A stretch of DNA of 64,000 nt from Candidatus Hydrogenedentota bacterium (GCA_045863295.1 BTWA01000006.1:64001-128000), one strand, 5' to 3'; positions 19,425 to 29,667 are shown, counted from the first letter of the stretch. The notes: generated by a model from the letters alone, not told the origin. Program-made: numbers and translations.

Positions 19425-20858
19425 TTAGTACCTGACTTGAACCCTATACTTTAGTGTCGCTTCACCATCTTTTGGGACCGGAATGGAATAGGCGGCTGTG
19501 CGTGAATCACGTTTTTCGTGAGTATGAGTTTCGCTCAGAATTTCCCAGTCACCGCCCAACGGCTCAACGACATCTACAGTGATATCCGATTCCTTATGGT
19601 TTCGCAGTACGATTTCATACTCCGACTGGTGCACGTTAGCGCTGATGACCCTGTAGTCCAATTGTCTTCGCTCGCCCACCACGTCGAAGGCGTTGCCCAT
19701 TTTGAGCCGAATGTTTTCCTTCTTTGCGGTGTGCTTGATTCGATCCTCACCCGAGAACTGCAGCATGCCTTCACTGTCCTCTTGATAGATTCGCATAACC
19801 CCGCCGGGCAGCGGTATTCCGAGTTGATTCGTCTCCTCATTCTCGAAAACGATATAGACATCGGCATTCTGTTCCGGAAGGTGTCCCATGGGTTGACTGT
19901 AGAAGGACTCCTGGCCGCGAAACTCGTACTTCTTGGCCAGTTTGACGCCGTTTGCCGTCAACAAGCTAACCTGCTTTGACTGATTCTGTTTAATGGTCGT
20001 TCGCCGCGGAATGGAGTACAAATGGTACTCGGCAAACGATTCCTCTACAGCCTCGGCCACTCGTTGACCCATCGTGACCGCCCCGCCCGCATAGAAGGCT
20101 TCTTGAGGGGGTTGGACAATATTGACATCGCCTGCGACCAGTTTCAGTTTCGCATTGGAATACGTTGCGCCGGACTGGTTGGCGAGCGTGACCCACCCTG
20201 CGATATCCATGCTGGTTTCATCCTTACTTAACGTAAGCACATAATCGGCCGCCCAGGTGATACCATTCGTCAGATACGTGGCCTCGACGGTTTGTGCCGC
20301 CGCGCTGTTTTCGATCATCCATACAAGCGACGGTTTGGCAATGAGATTCTCCGGGATTTCCGGCAGTACAACATATCCCGGATGTCCCAGAAAGATTTCG
20401 CCTCCAATCTGATAGACAGGTCCTTCGTTCAAGCTGAGCAGTTCTGCTTCAACCTCAGTGGACGTAATTTCGTTGCTAAGATTGATCAGGCGCACCCGCT
20501 TTCCCACGTATTTTTCCATGAGCTTGGATGGACTCATTAGGTCATATTCGTAGTTTTGTTCAAGAATTCGCAGCGATCCGGGGGTTGCAACCGACACGAG
20601 GCTCACGGATTCGGGTTTGATCAACTGAGCCACATCGCCAAAGCGCAGCGCATGTTCACCCGTTGGCAACGTCAGTTGGCGTGTGTCCCTCACGAGCGCC
20701 AAATTGTTGTTGTAAATGGTAACGGCAACGTCCGTTTGATCGGCCAGTGAACTCTCCACGGTGGTCGGTACCGGCGATTCCTGGGCATGGACACGCACGG
20801 GCCACAGGCTTGCTAAAACCGCGATGATGGCAAGTGTCGCAACTGTACTTCGAATCAT
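19425..20858 (-). CDS. DUF4139-type secreted protein, paralog 2
   Basis: Same motif series as paralog 1, colinear throughout; AxA signal peptide (VHA/QE). Confidence 0.85.
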   Translation of the reverse strand: MIRSTVATLAIIAVLASLWPVRVHAQESPVPTTVESSLADQTDVAVTIYNNNLALVRDTRQLTLPTGEHALRFGDVAQLIKPESVSLVSVATPGSLRILEQNYEYDLMSPSKLMEKYVGKRVRLINLSNEITSTEVEAELLSLNEGPVYQIGGEIFLGHPGYVVLPEIPENLIAKPSLVWMIENSAAAQTVEATYLTNGITWAADYVLTLSKDETSMDIAGWVTLANQSGATYSNAKLKLVAGDVNIVQPPQEAFYAGGAVTMGQRVAEAVEESFAEYHLYSIPRRTTIKQNQSKQVSLLTANGVKLAKKYEFRGQESFYSQPMGHLPEQNADVYIVFENEETNQLGIPLPGGVMRIYQEDSEGMLQFSGEDRIKHTAKKENIRLKMGNAFDVVGERRQLDYRVISANVHQSEYEIVLRNHKESDITVDVVEPLGGDWEILSETHTHEKRDSRTAAYSIPVPKDGEATLKYRVQVRY

Positions 20859-20907
20859 GATTTTGGCTCCCTGGAATTGTCCATACAGGACAAATTGTTG
20901 GATGGCA

Positions 20908-22329
20908 TCAGTAGGTGACCTGTACGCGGTATTTCAACTTGGATTCTCCATCTCTTGGGACTTTCAAAGTGAACACGGCCGTACGGGCGTCTCGCTTGTC
21001 GTGGGAGCTCGATTCGGAGAGTATTTCCCAGTCGCCTCCCATTGGCTCAACCACGTCCACAGTAACGTCCTGTTCCTTGTGATTTCGAATGATGACCTCG
21101 TACTCCGACTGATGCACGTTTGAAGCAATTGCGCGGTAGTCCAATTGACGTCGCTCGCCCACCACGTCGAAGGCGTTTCCCATCTTCAATCGCACGGTTT
21201 CGTCTTTCGCCGTGTGCTTTATCCGGTCCTCGCCCGAGAATTGCAGCATTCCTTCGCTGTCTTGCTGATAGATGCGCATGACGCCGCCTGGCAAGGGCAT
21301 TCCAAGATGGTTATCGGCCTTGTTGGTAAAATGAATGTAGACATCGGCGTTTTGCTCCGGCAGATGCCCCATGGGTTGGCTGTAGTACGATTCCTGCCCA
21401 CGAAATTCGTATGTCTTTCCGATTTTTACGTCGGCGGCGGTCAGCAGGCTGACTTGTTTGGATTGGTTCTGCTTGATGGTTGTCCGGCGAGGGATGGTAT
21501 ACAAGTGGTATTCGGCAAAACTTTCCTCACGCGCGAGTTCCACTTTCGCCAGGTTGCGGGTCCGACGTTCCAGCCGGTCAAGTTGGATCTCCTGGGGCAC
21601 GATGTTCACCTCCCCGGCGACGAGTTTGAGCTGCGCGTTCCCATAGTCCGCACCAGACTGATTTTGTAGCGTAACCCACCCTGTAACGTCCATGGCGGTC
21701 TCGTCTTTGGCCAGTGTTAGTACATAGTCCGCGGCCCACGAGACCCCGTTAGTCAGATACGACGCTTCAATCGTCTGATTCGCCGTGTCGTTGTCCAACT
21801 GCCAGATCAGCGACGGTTTTGCAATCAGATTCTTCGGGATCTCCGGCAACACTACTTGGCCGGGATGCCCAAGAAAGATGTCATTCCCGACACGGTAAAC
21901 CGGCCCTTCGTTTATGCTGAGCAATTCCGCCTCCACATCGGTGGCGGTTATGTCTTTATGCTGGTTGACAAGGCGTACTTTCTTGCCAACATACTTTTCC
22001 ATCAGTTTCTGCGGACTCATCAAATCGTATTCGTAGTTCTGCTCCAGGATTTGAACCGAACCCGGAGCGGAGATTGAGCGCAAGCTAACGGACTCCGGCT
22101 TGATCTGGTTGGCGACATCACCGAATCGAAGTGCATGCTCCCCGGTGGGGAGCGCTACCTCCCTCCTGTCTCGTACGAGGGCGAGGTTGTTGTTGTATAT
22201 GGTAATTGCCACATCAACCTGATCGGCGAGGGTTGTGTTCGCCGATGCCGGTTCTTGAGCACCCGCCGGCACCCATGAACAGAGCATTATCGCCAAGCCC
22301 ACATTCAGACTACGAGCCATCGAATTCAT
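20908..22329 (-). CDS. DUF4139-type secreted protein, paralog 3
   Basis: Same motif series; SD GGGAGG before ATG 22329 (MNSMARS); signal peptide ending AGA/QE. Confidence 0.85.
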   Translation of the reverse strand: MNSMARSLNVGLAIMLCSWVPAGAQEPASANTTLADQVDVAITIYNNNLALVRDRREVALPTGEHALRFGDVANQIKPESVSLRSISAPGSVQILEQNYEYDLMSPQKLMEKYVGKKVRLVNQHKDITATDVEAELLSINEGPVYRVGNDIFLGHPGQVVLPEIPKNLIAKPSLIWQLDNDTANQTIEASYLTNGVSWAADYVLTLAKDETAMDVTGWVTLQNQSGADYGNAQLKLVAGEVNIVPQEIQLDRLERRTRNLAKVELAREESFAEYHLYTIPRRTTIKQNQSKQVSLLTAADVKIGKTYEFRGQESYYSQPMGHLPEQNADVYIHFTNKADNHLGMPLPGGVMRIYQQDSEGMLQFSGEDRIKHTAKDETVRLKMGNAFDVVGERRQLDYRAIASNVHQSEYEVIIRNHKEQDVTVDVVEPMGGDWEILSESSSHDKRDARTAVFTLKVPRDGESKLKYRVQVTY

Positions 22330-22542
22330 CGCTACCTCCCTCTCACTGGGTTGAGGAACTACCATAATAACGATTTTTCCCGCAATTGGTTTCTTAGACA
22401 CCAGTCCATTTCAAAAGTTCAGCCATGCCAGTCCTTGAGCAGACTTTGGAACCCGTTGCCTTACAGGAAGATGCAATGCACACCCCAATTGCGCTATCGT
22501 TTCGGGTAATGTCCTGAATACGTCCAAGAGGAGTTTTCCGTT

Positions 22543-22938
22543 ATGACTATGTCTATTGTGGCCATTGCCTATGGCCTTGCGCTGGCGGCCCTGGGCATTG
22601 GATTCTATCTGAACACGGGCGGCGTCTCTGTTACCGCCTTGATTCCTGCTTTTTTTGGATTTCCGGTTCTCGTGTGCGGCCTATTGGCTATTCGTGAGAA
22701 GTTTCGCATGCACGCCATGCACGGCGCAGTCCTCGTTGGCCTCCTTGGATTTCTGGGTTCGCTTGGAGGAGTGATCAAATTGCCCGGCTTGATTGCCGGG
22801 ACTTTGGAACGCCCGGCGGCAGTTCTGGAACAGGTTATCATGGCCGTTCTTTCGCTTGTGTTTGTCGCATTGTGTGTTCAAAACTTCATATCTGTTCGGC
22901 GCAAGCGTAAAGCGGCGCAAGCCGCGGAATCCAAGTAA
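22543..22938 (+). CDS. Small 4-TM membrane protein of unknown function
   Basis: Four hydrophobic segments, SVTALIPAFFG, RMHAMH, basic C-terminal tail; SD GAGGAG. Confidence 0.8.
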   Translation: MTMSIVAIAYGLALAALGIGFYLNTGGVSVTALIPAFFGFPVLVCGLLAIREKFRMHAMHGAVLVGLLGFLGSLGGVIKLPGLIAGTLERPAAVLEQVIMAVLSLVFVALCVQNFISVRRKRKAAQAAESK

Positions 22939-22963
22939 CTTCTCCTTGACGTTGGAGGACCGT

Positions 22964-23932
22964 ATGAAGAGCGTTTTCGTGGAACACTACGGTGGTCCTG
23001 AGGTACTTGTCGTAAAAGAAGTGCCTAAACCGCAGCCCGCCGCCAACGAAGTTCGGATCAAGGTACGCGCGGCCGGGCTAAACTATGCAGACGTTATGCA
23101 GCGCGAGGGCTTGTATCCCGGAGGGCCAAAGCCGCCGTTCGGGGCCGGGTTCGAAGTCGCCGGCACTGTGGACGCCTTGGGAAGCGGTGTCGCGCAATGG
23201 ACTGTCGGCGACCGAGTGATGGGATTCTGCAGCGCTGGATATAGCGAATTCGTGGTGGCACCCGCCGATCGCCTGCTTCCCATACCTGACAGTCTTGGTT
23301 TTGACAAGGCGGCAGCCATACCCTGCCAGTATCTGACCGCATATCATGCATTATTGACTTTGTCGAGCTTGAATTCCGGGCAGACAGTGTTGATACAGGC
23401 CGCGGCCGGCGGCTTGGGATCGATGTTGGTTCAGATTGCCAGAAACGTAGGCGCCACTGTCTTTGGTACCTGTTCCAGTCCGGAAAAAGCCAAAGTTATT
23501 GAGGAACTGGGATGCCATTTCCCGATTATCTACACCTCCGCGGACTTCGAGACCGTAATCAATGAGCAGACCAAAGGCAAAAAGTGCGATCTGGTCGTTG
23601 AATCGGTCGGCGGAGACGTGTTTGAAAAAAGTCTGCGCTGCGTAAAACCGCGAGGCAGGCTAATTACACTCGGCGTGGCAAGTAAACAGCCATCAATGAT
23701 TCCGGCAACGTATCTCTTGGCAAATAATATTACCGTTTCAGGGTTTCACCTGATGGCCTATGCGGGCGACTTGCCGGCTATGATGAATGCCATGCGCGAC
23801 TTGTTGGAGTGGCTGGAGGCGGGCAGCTTGAAGATACTTGTGAATCATCATTTCACGATCGAACAGGCCGCCGATGCGCAGCGGTTATTGGAAAGCCGCA
23901 AAAGTACGGGAAAGATCGTGATAGAGTTTTGA
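22964..23932 (+). CDS. NADPH:quinone oxidoreductase (MDR family)
   Basis: YGGPEVL, GLNYAD...G.YP, QAAAGGLG, ESRKSTGKIVI; SD GGAGG. Confidence 0.92.
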   Translation: MKSVFVEHYGGPEVLVVKEVPKPQPAANEVRIKVRAAGLNYADVMQREGLYPGGPKPPFGAGFEVAGTVDALGSGVAQWTVGDRVMGFCSAGYSEFVVAPADRLLPIPDSLGFDKAAAIPCQYLTAYHALLTLSSLNSGQTVLIQAAAGGLGSMLVQIARNVGATVFGTCSSPEKAKVIEELGCHFPIIYTSADFETVINEQTKGKKCDLVVESVGGDVFEKSLRCVKPRGRLITLGVASKQPSMIPATYLLANNITVSGFHLMAYAGDLPAMMNAMRDLLEWLEAGSLKILVNHHFTIEQAADAQRLLESRKSTGKIVIEF

Positions 23933-23948
23933 GAGTTACGCGCACTTG

Positions 23949-25703
23949 TTAGTTCTGTTCCAACCATTGAGCGATGGCCTCCGCCACGATTTCGTTTCCG
24001 CGGTAATACAGGTGTGTATCGTACCTCGGAGAGTATACCATCTCCCCTTTGGAGGCGGCGTCTCGTAGTGCACGGGTCGCGTCGAGGTAGTCGATGGAAT
24101 GATCGCTGCAAAAGGCAGCCAGCCTCTTTTCGAACTCATCATCGGTTTCCACCACTCCGCCGGGCGCGTATTCGCCGAGCTTCGAATCGGGAGGAAAAGT
24201 GGTATAGGGCCCAAGTACGCGCAGCTTGATGGGAACATAGAGGATAAGGAGCCGAATACCGTTTTCGGAGCAAATTTCCTTTCCACGCTGTATGGATTCC
24301 GCAGTGACTTTCCATCCCTGGGGATAGAGTTGATCGAAGTTGGTGTCAATCTTGTATCGAAAACCGACTTCGGTTTTGCCGTAGGCTGTCGAGTCAAACG
24401 TGCCAACCAGCCCCCAATAAGCGCGTATTCGATCTTGCTGATGGCGAAGTACATCAAGCAATTCCAGCAATTTAACGTTGACTCCATCCTCTCTTGCTGG
24501 AGGCGGACCAGAAGGCCTGCGGAGAAAGACCCGGACTTCTCCCGGTGTTTGTGGTGTTGTGAATACCAGCTGAGAGTGGGTCCATCCTGATTTGGCGGGA
24601 ATGCCGGGGGTGAAACGAAGGAGCGCGTACTTATCCGCATCCTTTTGTTGGACCTCCAGACGAGTTGGTACCAATACGTCGTCCGTGCGGATCCAACCAC
24701 TGTAGAGGTAGGTTGTACCCGGTTTTAGCCGCGACGCAATTTGGGCCAAACCAATATTCGTGGACGAAGAGACGTGGATCTTCAAGGCATAGTCACCTTC
24801 CGGGGCATCCGAGACTCGTTCACGGACTACTGCATCGCGGATTGATTCAGTGATTTCCCACTCTCCCTTGGTAATTTCATTCTCGAAGCCTCCATTGCGC
24901 ATGAGGTTTTCGCCCACAATGAAACGCTCGGGTAAACGATCCGAAATGTTCATTATCGAGGCCGAACGGTAATACCAGTCGTCGCCGCCGGGCGGTGGGG
25001 CCAATTCGTGAAGCCGGAGATCGTCAAACCAGAGGGTCCCCATGGCAGACCAATTGGTGTTCGCCGGATGGTTCAGAACCTTGGCGCTGCCTTTGTAAGA
25101 AATTTGAGCCTCCATCAAGTCGTTGCCCTCAAAGATTACCCACACAATCGACTTGGGTTTGTATTGGAGTGCATATTTCCAAAGAACCGTCAATTCCTGG
25201 GGAGGGCCGTATGAACTGCGAGCTAGGTTAACAATGGACTTACCGGTCGATTTTTCAATAAGTCGTGGAAAGGTATGTTCCAAAGTCATGGAACCGCCCT
25301 CGGTGAACGAGTCTCCGAGAAAGGCGACTTCGGCTTGAGTTATCCCAGGTGGGTTGCGGAATCCGTTTTCGTCTGTATTGGCGGTAACAAAGGGCGCAAA
25401 CTTGTCCGGATATGCCTTGCCTTCCCACTTCACGAAAGGCCGGCGTACAAAGCCGAGCAAGTCATCGGGGTCATTCCATTCGGTGGATAATCCGGGGTCG
25501 CGCGTGAGATCCGCCGCGCGAAAATCAGTATAACGGAGGTAGAGTTCGGCAGCGGCCAATGCCAAGGCAAGGGAAATGACGACAAGCGACGCATTTGCAG
25601 CAACTGCGAGGAATCGCCGAAGCGCTGCAGACCTGATATCTGGGACATGGTTGCCGGATTCCGGTACTGTCATGACGCGACTTTTGAACCTTTCATTCCG
25701 CAT
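23949..25703 (-). CDS. Membrane-anchored SGNH/AlgX-AlgJ-like protein with internal CBM4/9-like domain
   Basis: N-terminal TM; FLGDSFT, NLARSSYG, EGNDL and YDTH blocks; NLMRNGGFE...LKPGTTYLYSGWIR insert. Confidence 0.7.
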   Translation of the reverse strand: MRNERFKSRVMTVPESGNHVPDIRSAALRRFLAVAANASLVVISLALALAAAELYLRYTDFRAADLTRDPGLSTEWNDPDDLLGFVRRPFVKWEGKAYPDKFAPFVTANTDENGFRNPPGITQAEVAFLGDSFTEGGSMTLEHTFPRLIEKSTGKSIVNLARSSYGPPQELTVLWKYALQYKPKSIVWVIFEGNDLMEAQISYKGSAKVLNHPANTNWSAMGTLWFDDLRLHELAPPPGGDDWYYRSASIMNISDRLPERFIVGENLMRNGGFENEITKGEWEITESIRDAVVRERVSDAPEGDYALKIHVSSSTNIGLAQIASRLKPGTTYLYSGWIRTDDVLVPTRLEVQQKDADKYALLRFTPGIPAKSGWTHSQLVFTTPQTPGEVRVFLRRPSGPPPAREDGVNVKLLELLDVLRHQQDRIRAYWGLVGTFDSTAYGKTEVGFRYKIDTNFDQLYPQGWKVTAESIQRGKEICSENGIRLLILYVPIKLRVLGPYTTFPPDSKLGEYAPGGVVETDDEFEKRLAAFCSDHSIDYLDATRALRDAASKGEMVYSPRYDTHLYYRGNEIVAEAIAQWLEQN

Positions 25704-25718
25704 GGGTTACGGACGTAC

Positions 25719-26393
25719 TCACAGTTCGGCAATGGGAATATCCAGGTTTGGCTTATTCTCGTACCCTTCAAAATCAAAGTGCCACCACTCCGTTGGAAAC
25801 GGGATGAACCCATGTTTCTTCATGGCCTTTTCCAGGATCTCGCGGTTTCGCGCCACGTCGCTTGACACCCCTGCAAAGGTCCTGTGTGACCTCTCGCTAA
25901 AATCGTCATAGTCGGTAGGCATTGGCACGTCGTTTCCCTGTAGATCGACGAGCGTCAGGTCAATGGCGTAGCCACGATTGTGGCGCGACCCGACCGAAGG
26001 GTCCGCCACGTACCGCGGGTCGGGCAGGATTTCCCAGAAGATCTTCTGGACAGAGAGCGGCCGATAGCCATCGAAGACCTTCAGGCGATAGCCTTGAGAT
26101 CGTAAATCGGCCTGAACCTTCAAAAGAGCCAACGCGGCTTCCTCAATGAGGAAACAGCGTGCCTCTGGATAGATCTGCCTTCCAGTGAAGTTGTTTTCCG
26201 TTGCATAGCGGATGTCGAGCACGATATCGGGTATAAGTACTTCAAGATCGACCAGTTCTTGACTCGCAACCTCACGGGGGACCACGGAAACGAGAGACAA
26301 ATCGGACCCGTGTTGGCAGCCTGCGAGTGTAACTGACGACCCTGCAACGGTCAGGTATACGACATACCTGTAGTGGAGCTTGATCCAAGTCAT
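25719..26393 (-). CDS. ddpX: D-alanyl-D-alanine dipeptidase (M15D), predicted lipoprotein
   Basis: DIRYATENNFTG, FDGYRP, SRHNRGYAID (SxHxxGxAxD), EWWHF; LAGC lipobox. Confidence 0.92.
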   Translation of the reverse strand: MTWIKLHYRYVVYLTVAGSSVTLAGCQHGSDLSLVSVVPREVASQELVDLEVLIPDIVLDIRYATENNFTGRQIYPEARCFLIEEAALALLKVQADLRSQGYRLKVFDGYRPLSVQKIFWEILPDPRYVADPSVGSRHNRGYAIDLTLVDLQGNDVPMPTDYDDFSERSHRTFAGVSSDVARNREILEKAMKKHGFIPFPTEWWHFDFEGYENKPNLDIPIAEL

Positions 26394-27520
26394 GGATCAA
26401 GTTCACCTTCGTCCAAGGCCAGAGGTAATGCTTGAGGTCTTTCGCAAGTGCTGTGAATGGTAATATGACGCGCGCGTTCAGCGGAATCCAGAAATGCGTG
26501 CATTACATCCAAGACATGAAAAGCCATGTCGCCGTTGGCCCGGTGGGCTCTACCACTGCGAAGGCTGTGTGCCAAATCCGCCGTCCCCACACCTCTGGAG
26601 TTTTCAGAATAACCAAAAAGCAGGGGTACCTCCCGCCACTCTCCTTCGCCTCTGCGCTGATACTGAATTGTGCCGCTGAAATTGTTCGGGTCTGGAACCT
26701 GCAAAGTTCCCTCAGTGCCGTAGATTTCCATATGCGGCAACCGATGTCCCCACACATCGAAACTGGTAATCAGCGTGGCAATTACTGAGTTGGTAAACGT
26801 CAAGGTGCACGCGAGATGAGTTGGCGTTTCCACCTTAACGCGCTGGCCGAATCGCTCGTTACTGGTCACGATGCGCTCAGGAAACGTAGTCCGCGTCATT
26901 GCCGAAGCTTTGGCAATGGGGCCAAAGAAGTTGATGAGGGCCGTAAGGTAGTAAGGACCCATATCAAACATCGGCCCCCCACCGGGCTTGTAGTAAAACT
27001 CGGGATCGGGATGCCATGTCTCATGGCCATGATGCATCATGAATGCAGTGACGGCCACTGGGTTGCCGATCCATCCTTCGTCGATGATTTTTCTACACGT
27101 TTGCAGTGAGGCGCCAAGGAATGTGTCAGGCGCACATCCAATACGCAGATTTCTTTCTTTAGCGTATTTGAGCATGTGCACTGCTTCTTCGCGGGTTGCG
27201 CACAACGGTTTCTCGTTGTATACGTGCTTACCAGATTGAAGTGCCTGAAGCGCCACTTCGCCGTGAACAGCCGGAACAGTGAGGTTGATGACCAGTTCGA
27301 TCTCGGCGTCCGCCATGAGCTTATCCACGGACAACGACTTCGGAATTCCGTGTTCACGGGCTTTAGCCTTGGCTCTTTCCTTCACCAGATCGGCGCAGGC
27401 CACAATTTCGAGTATCGGGAATGTCTTGCCTGCCTTAAAATAAATATCGCAGATGTTGCCACAACCAACGATGCCGGCCTTAACCGAATTACCTTTCCCC
27501 GTTACGATCTTGCTGCCCAA
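26390..27520 (-). CDS. Gfo/Idh/MocA family oxidoreductase
   Basis: GIVGCGNI, KHVYNEKPL, CAPDTFLG, GGGPMFDMGPYY; TTG start at 27520 with SD GGAGGGG. Confidence 0.92.
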   Translation of the reverse strand: MGSKIVTGKGNSVKAGIVGCGNICDIYFKAGKTFPILEIVACADLVKERAKAKAREHGIPKSLSVDKLMADAEIELVINLTVPAVHGEVALQALQSGKHVYNEKPLCATREEAVHMLKYAKERNLRIGCAPDTFLGASLQTCRKIIDEGWIGNPVAVTAFMMHHGHETWHPDPEFYYKPGGGPMFDMGPYYLTALINFFGPIAKASAMTRTTFPERIVTSNERFGQRVKVETPTHLACTLTFTNSVIATLITSFDVWGHRLPHMEIYGTEGTLQVPDPNNFSGTIQYQRRGEGEWREVPLLFGYSENSRGVGTADLAHSLRSGRAHRANGDMAFHVLDVMHAFLDSAERARHITIHSTCERPQALPLALDEGELDP

Positions 27521-28149
27521 CGCATACCCCTCCGAAGAATTTCCAGGCATTCGGGAACGTCAAAATCCTGTGGGGCGTGCCCCAATGCCGAGTAGAATAC
27601 CTTTCCTTCCCCATACCTGCGTTTCCAGGCAACAGGCATCACGCACCCGGCACACCAGGAAGCATGGCGGCCATCAAACGTTGTGGTTGCAAGTACTTCG
27701 TTGGAGGGGTCGACATGCATATAGTACTGTTCAGAGTGCATCACAAAATCGTTCAGACCGGCGACAATTGGATCCGACGGATTTTCGATATGTACGACGT
27801 AGTCAATGATGTTGCCCGGATGAGCAACGAACTGTCCCCCGGTCATCCATTGGTATTCAGTGCACGACCGGAAGGCGTCGCACATACCGCCATGCCAACC
27901 GGCCAAGCCAGAACCCGCGCGCACGGCATTTTCCAGTCCGCTGAACTGATCGGCAGAAATCTCACCCATGGTCCAACAAGGCACAATGAGATCCACGGAG
28001 GCCATAATTCGTGTATCGCACAAAGTGTCCAAGCTATCTGAGATTATGGTGAGAAACCCATCGGATTCCAGCAAAGGAGAGATTCGTTCAACGCATTGAC
28101 GCGGTTGATGACCTTCCCAGCCGCCCCAAATGAGCAACGCGGACCGCAT
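27502..28149 (-). CDS. ThuA domain-containing protein
   Basis: WGGWEGHQP, GLAGWHGGMCDAFR, GGQFVAHPG, SEQYYMHVDP, GKVFYSALGH. Confidence 0.9.
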   Translation of the reverse strand: MRSALLIWGGWEGHQPRQCVERISPLLESDGFLTIISDSLDTLCDTRIMASVDLIVPCWTMGEISADQFSGLENAVRAGSGLAGWHGGMCDAFRSCTEYQWMTGGQFVAHPGNIIDYVVHIENPSDPIVAGLNDFVMHSEQYYMHVDPSNEVLATTTFDGRHASWCAGCVMPVAWKRRYGEGKVFYSALGHAPQDFDVPECLEILRRGMRWAARS

Positions 28150-28244
28150 CTATCCCCTCCTCTTTGAATTAAGGCACATCCTTCGCATGTCGGCGTTTTG
28201 CGTTCTATCAATCCGCAGCGTACACCATACTGTTGTGATCGGAC

Positions 28245-28838
28245 TCAGGGGCGCCGTGCGCGAAAAACATACGCGGGGGGAAAATTCCGCAGCACTATAG
28301 GCAAGCGTTCGACGTCCACCATGCGTTGACGCAACTTCTGGAGAAAGCTCCTGCCCTTCGGCAGCGCCGGACTGAAGAAGTACATAAACGTGGAGAAATG
28401 GCCGCCCGGGCGCAGAACGTCCATTATGGCATCCAGCAGGCTGTTCTGGAGTTGATCGTCGAAGACCGTCCAAGGCAGTCCAGAAACGATTGCGTCACAG
28501 TGAGTCTGCCCGATGGCCTCTAGGTGCTTTCGGGCATTTTCGGCAGAATCGTGATGGAGCGTGATGTGGGGAAAACGGTCGCGAATTACGCGGACGAATT
28601 CGTCGCTTACCTCGAATGCCATAAATGTGGCATCCGGTCTAAGCGCATCCAACAGGACCTCAGTGACAACACCGGTACCAGGTCCGAACTCGAGGACGAT
28701 TTGGGCATCGCGCACGTGTGCAGCATCGACCAACATCTGGCCTACATAGGGAGTGCTGGCGGAAATTGCGCCCACGGCGCCGGGATTTGCGATTAGTCCT
28801 TTAAAAAAACGAAGTGAATACAAGGCAAACTCCTGCAA
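28245..28838 (-). CDS. Phospholipid N-methyltransferase-like SAM methyltransferase (PmtA type)
   Basis: NPGAVGAISAS, VLEFGPGTG, AIVSGLPW, RNFPPA. Confidence 0.8.
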   Translation of the reverse strand: MQEFALYSLRFFKGLIANPGAVGAISASTPYVGQMLVDAAHVRDAQIVLEFGPGTGVVTEVLLDALRPDATFMAFEVSDEFVRVIRDRFPHITLHHDSAENARKHLEAIGQTHCDAIVSGLPWTVFDDQLQNSLLDAIMDVLRPGGHFSTFMYFFSPALPKGRSFLQKLRQRMVDVERLPIVLRNFPPAYVFRARRP

Positions 28839-28845
28839 AAACTGG

Positions 28846-29667
28846 CTACCCTTTTAAGGCACCCTTGGTCAATCCGGAGACGAAGTGGCGTTGCGCAATA
28901 ATGTACAAAATCAGTAGCGGAATAACAACGATTAAAGTCGCGGCCATCAGCAGGTTCCAGCGGTTTCCTCCTTCCTCCGCTTGCTTCAGGTAGGCGAGTC
29001 CGAGCGGTAGAGTGCGCATCGCCGTTTTACTGGTCACTATCAACGGCCACAGATAGTCGTTCCATCGGCCCAGGAAGGATACGAGCGCCACGGCAACCAA
29101 CAGCGGCCGGGCAAGCGGAGTCACAACGTGTACTAGCGTGCGAAACGGCCCGGCGCCCTCCATCGCCGCTGCTTCGAATAGGTCGGCCGGAATCATGCGA
29201 AACTGCTGATAGAGCACGAAGACCGGAAACGCATGCGCGGAAGCGGGTATGATCAGTGCCCAATAGGTGTCCGTCCAGCCGAGACGATTGATCAAAATGA
29301 AATTAGGAACTAGTTTCATCTCTTCGGGAATCATCATCGTGGCCAGTACCGCTATCAGCAATGCCTTTTTGCCCGGAAATCGCAGTGCAGCGAAGGCAAA
29401 AGCCATTAATAGCGCAAATATCACCTGCAATAGCGTAGCTGCTGCGGACGTAACCGCGCTGTTTACGTAGAATCGGCCGAATGGCGCCGAGTGCCACGCC
29501 TCGTAGAAATTCTCCCAACGCAATTCGGACGGAAACCATTGAGGCGGAAATCGGCTTACATCGGCAGATGTCTTCAGGGAAGTAAGAGCCATCCAGAGAA
29601 ACGGCAAGACAAGCATTCCGCAAGCAAGCAGCAGTGCACAGTGAAGCAGATATGCTCTAGTCGTCAT
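28846..29667 (-). CDS. Carbohydrate ABC transporter permease (UgpE/MalG-like)
   Basis: EAAAMEGA loop, WNDYLWPLIV, QRHFVSGLTKGALKG. Confidence 0.93.
   Translation of the reverse strand: MTTRAYLLHCALLLACGMLVLPFLWMALTSLKTSADVSRFPPQWFPSELRWENFYEAWHSAPFGRFYVNSAVTSAAATLLQVIFALLMAFAFAALRFPGKKALLIAVLATMMIPEEMKLVPNFILINRLGWTDTYWALIIPASAHAFPVFVLYQQFRMIPADLFEAAAMEGAGPFRTLVHVVTPLARPLLVAVALVSFLGRWNDYLWPLIVTSKTAMRTLPLGLAYLKQAEEGGNRWNLLMAATLIVVIPLLILYIIAQRHFVSGLTKGALKG

Noticed and set aside
17971..22329. DUF4139 triplet as an assembly artefact or diversity-generating retroelement target
   Set aside because: Copies differ at many synonymous sites throughout, and no reverse transcriptase or template repeat is in the window.
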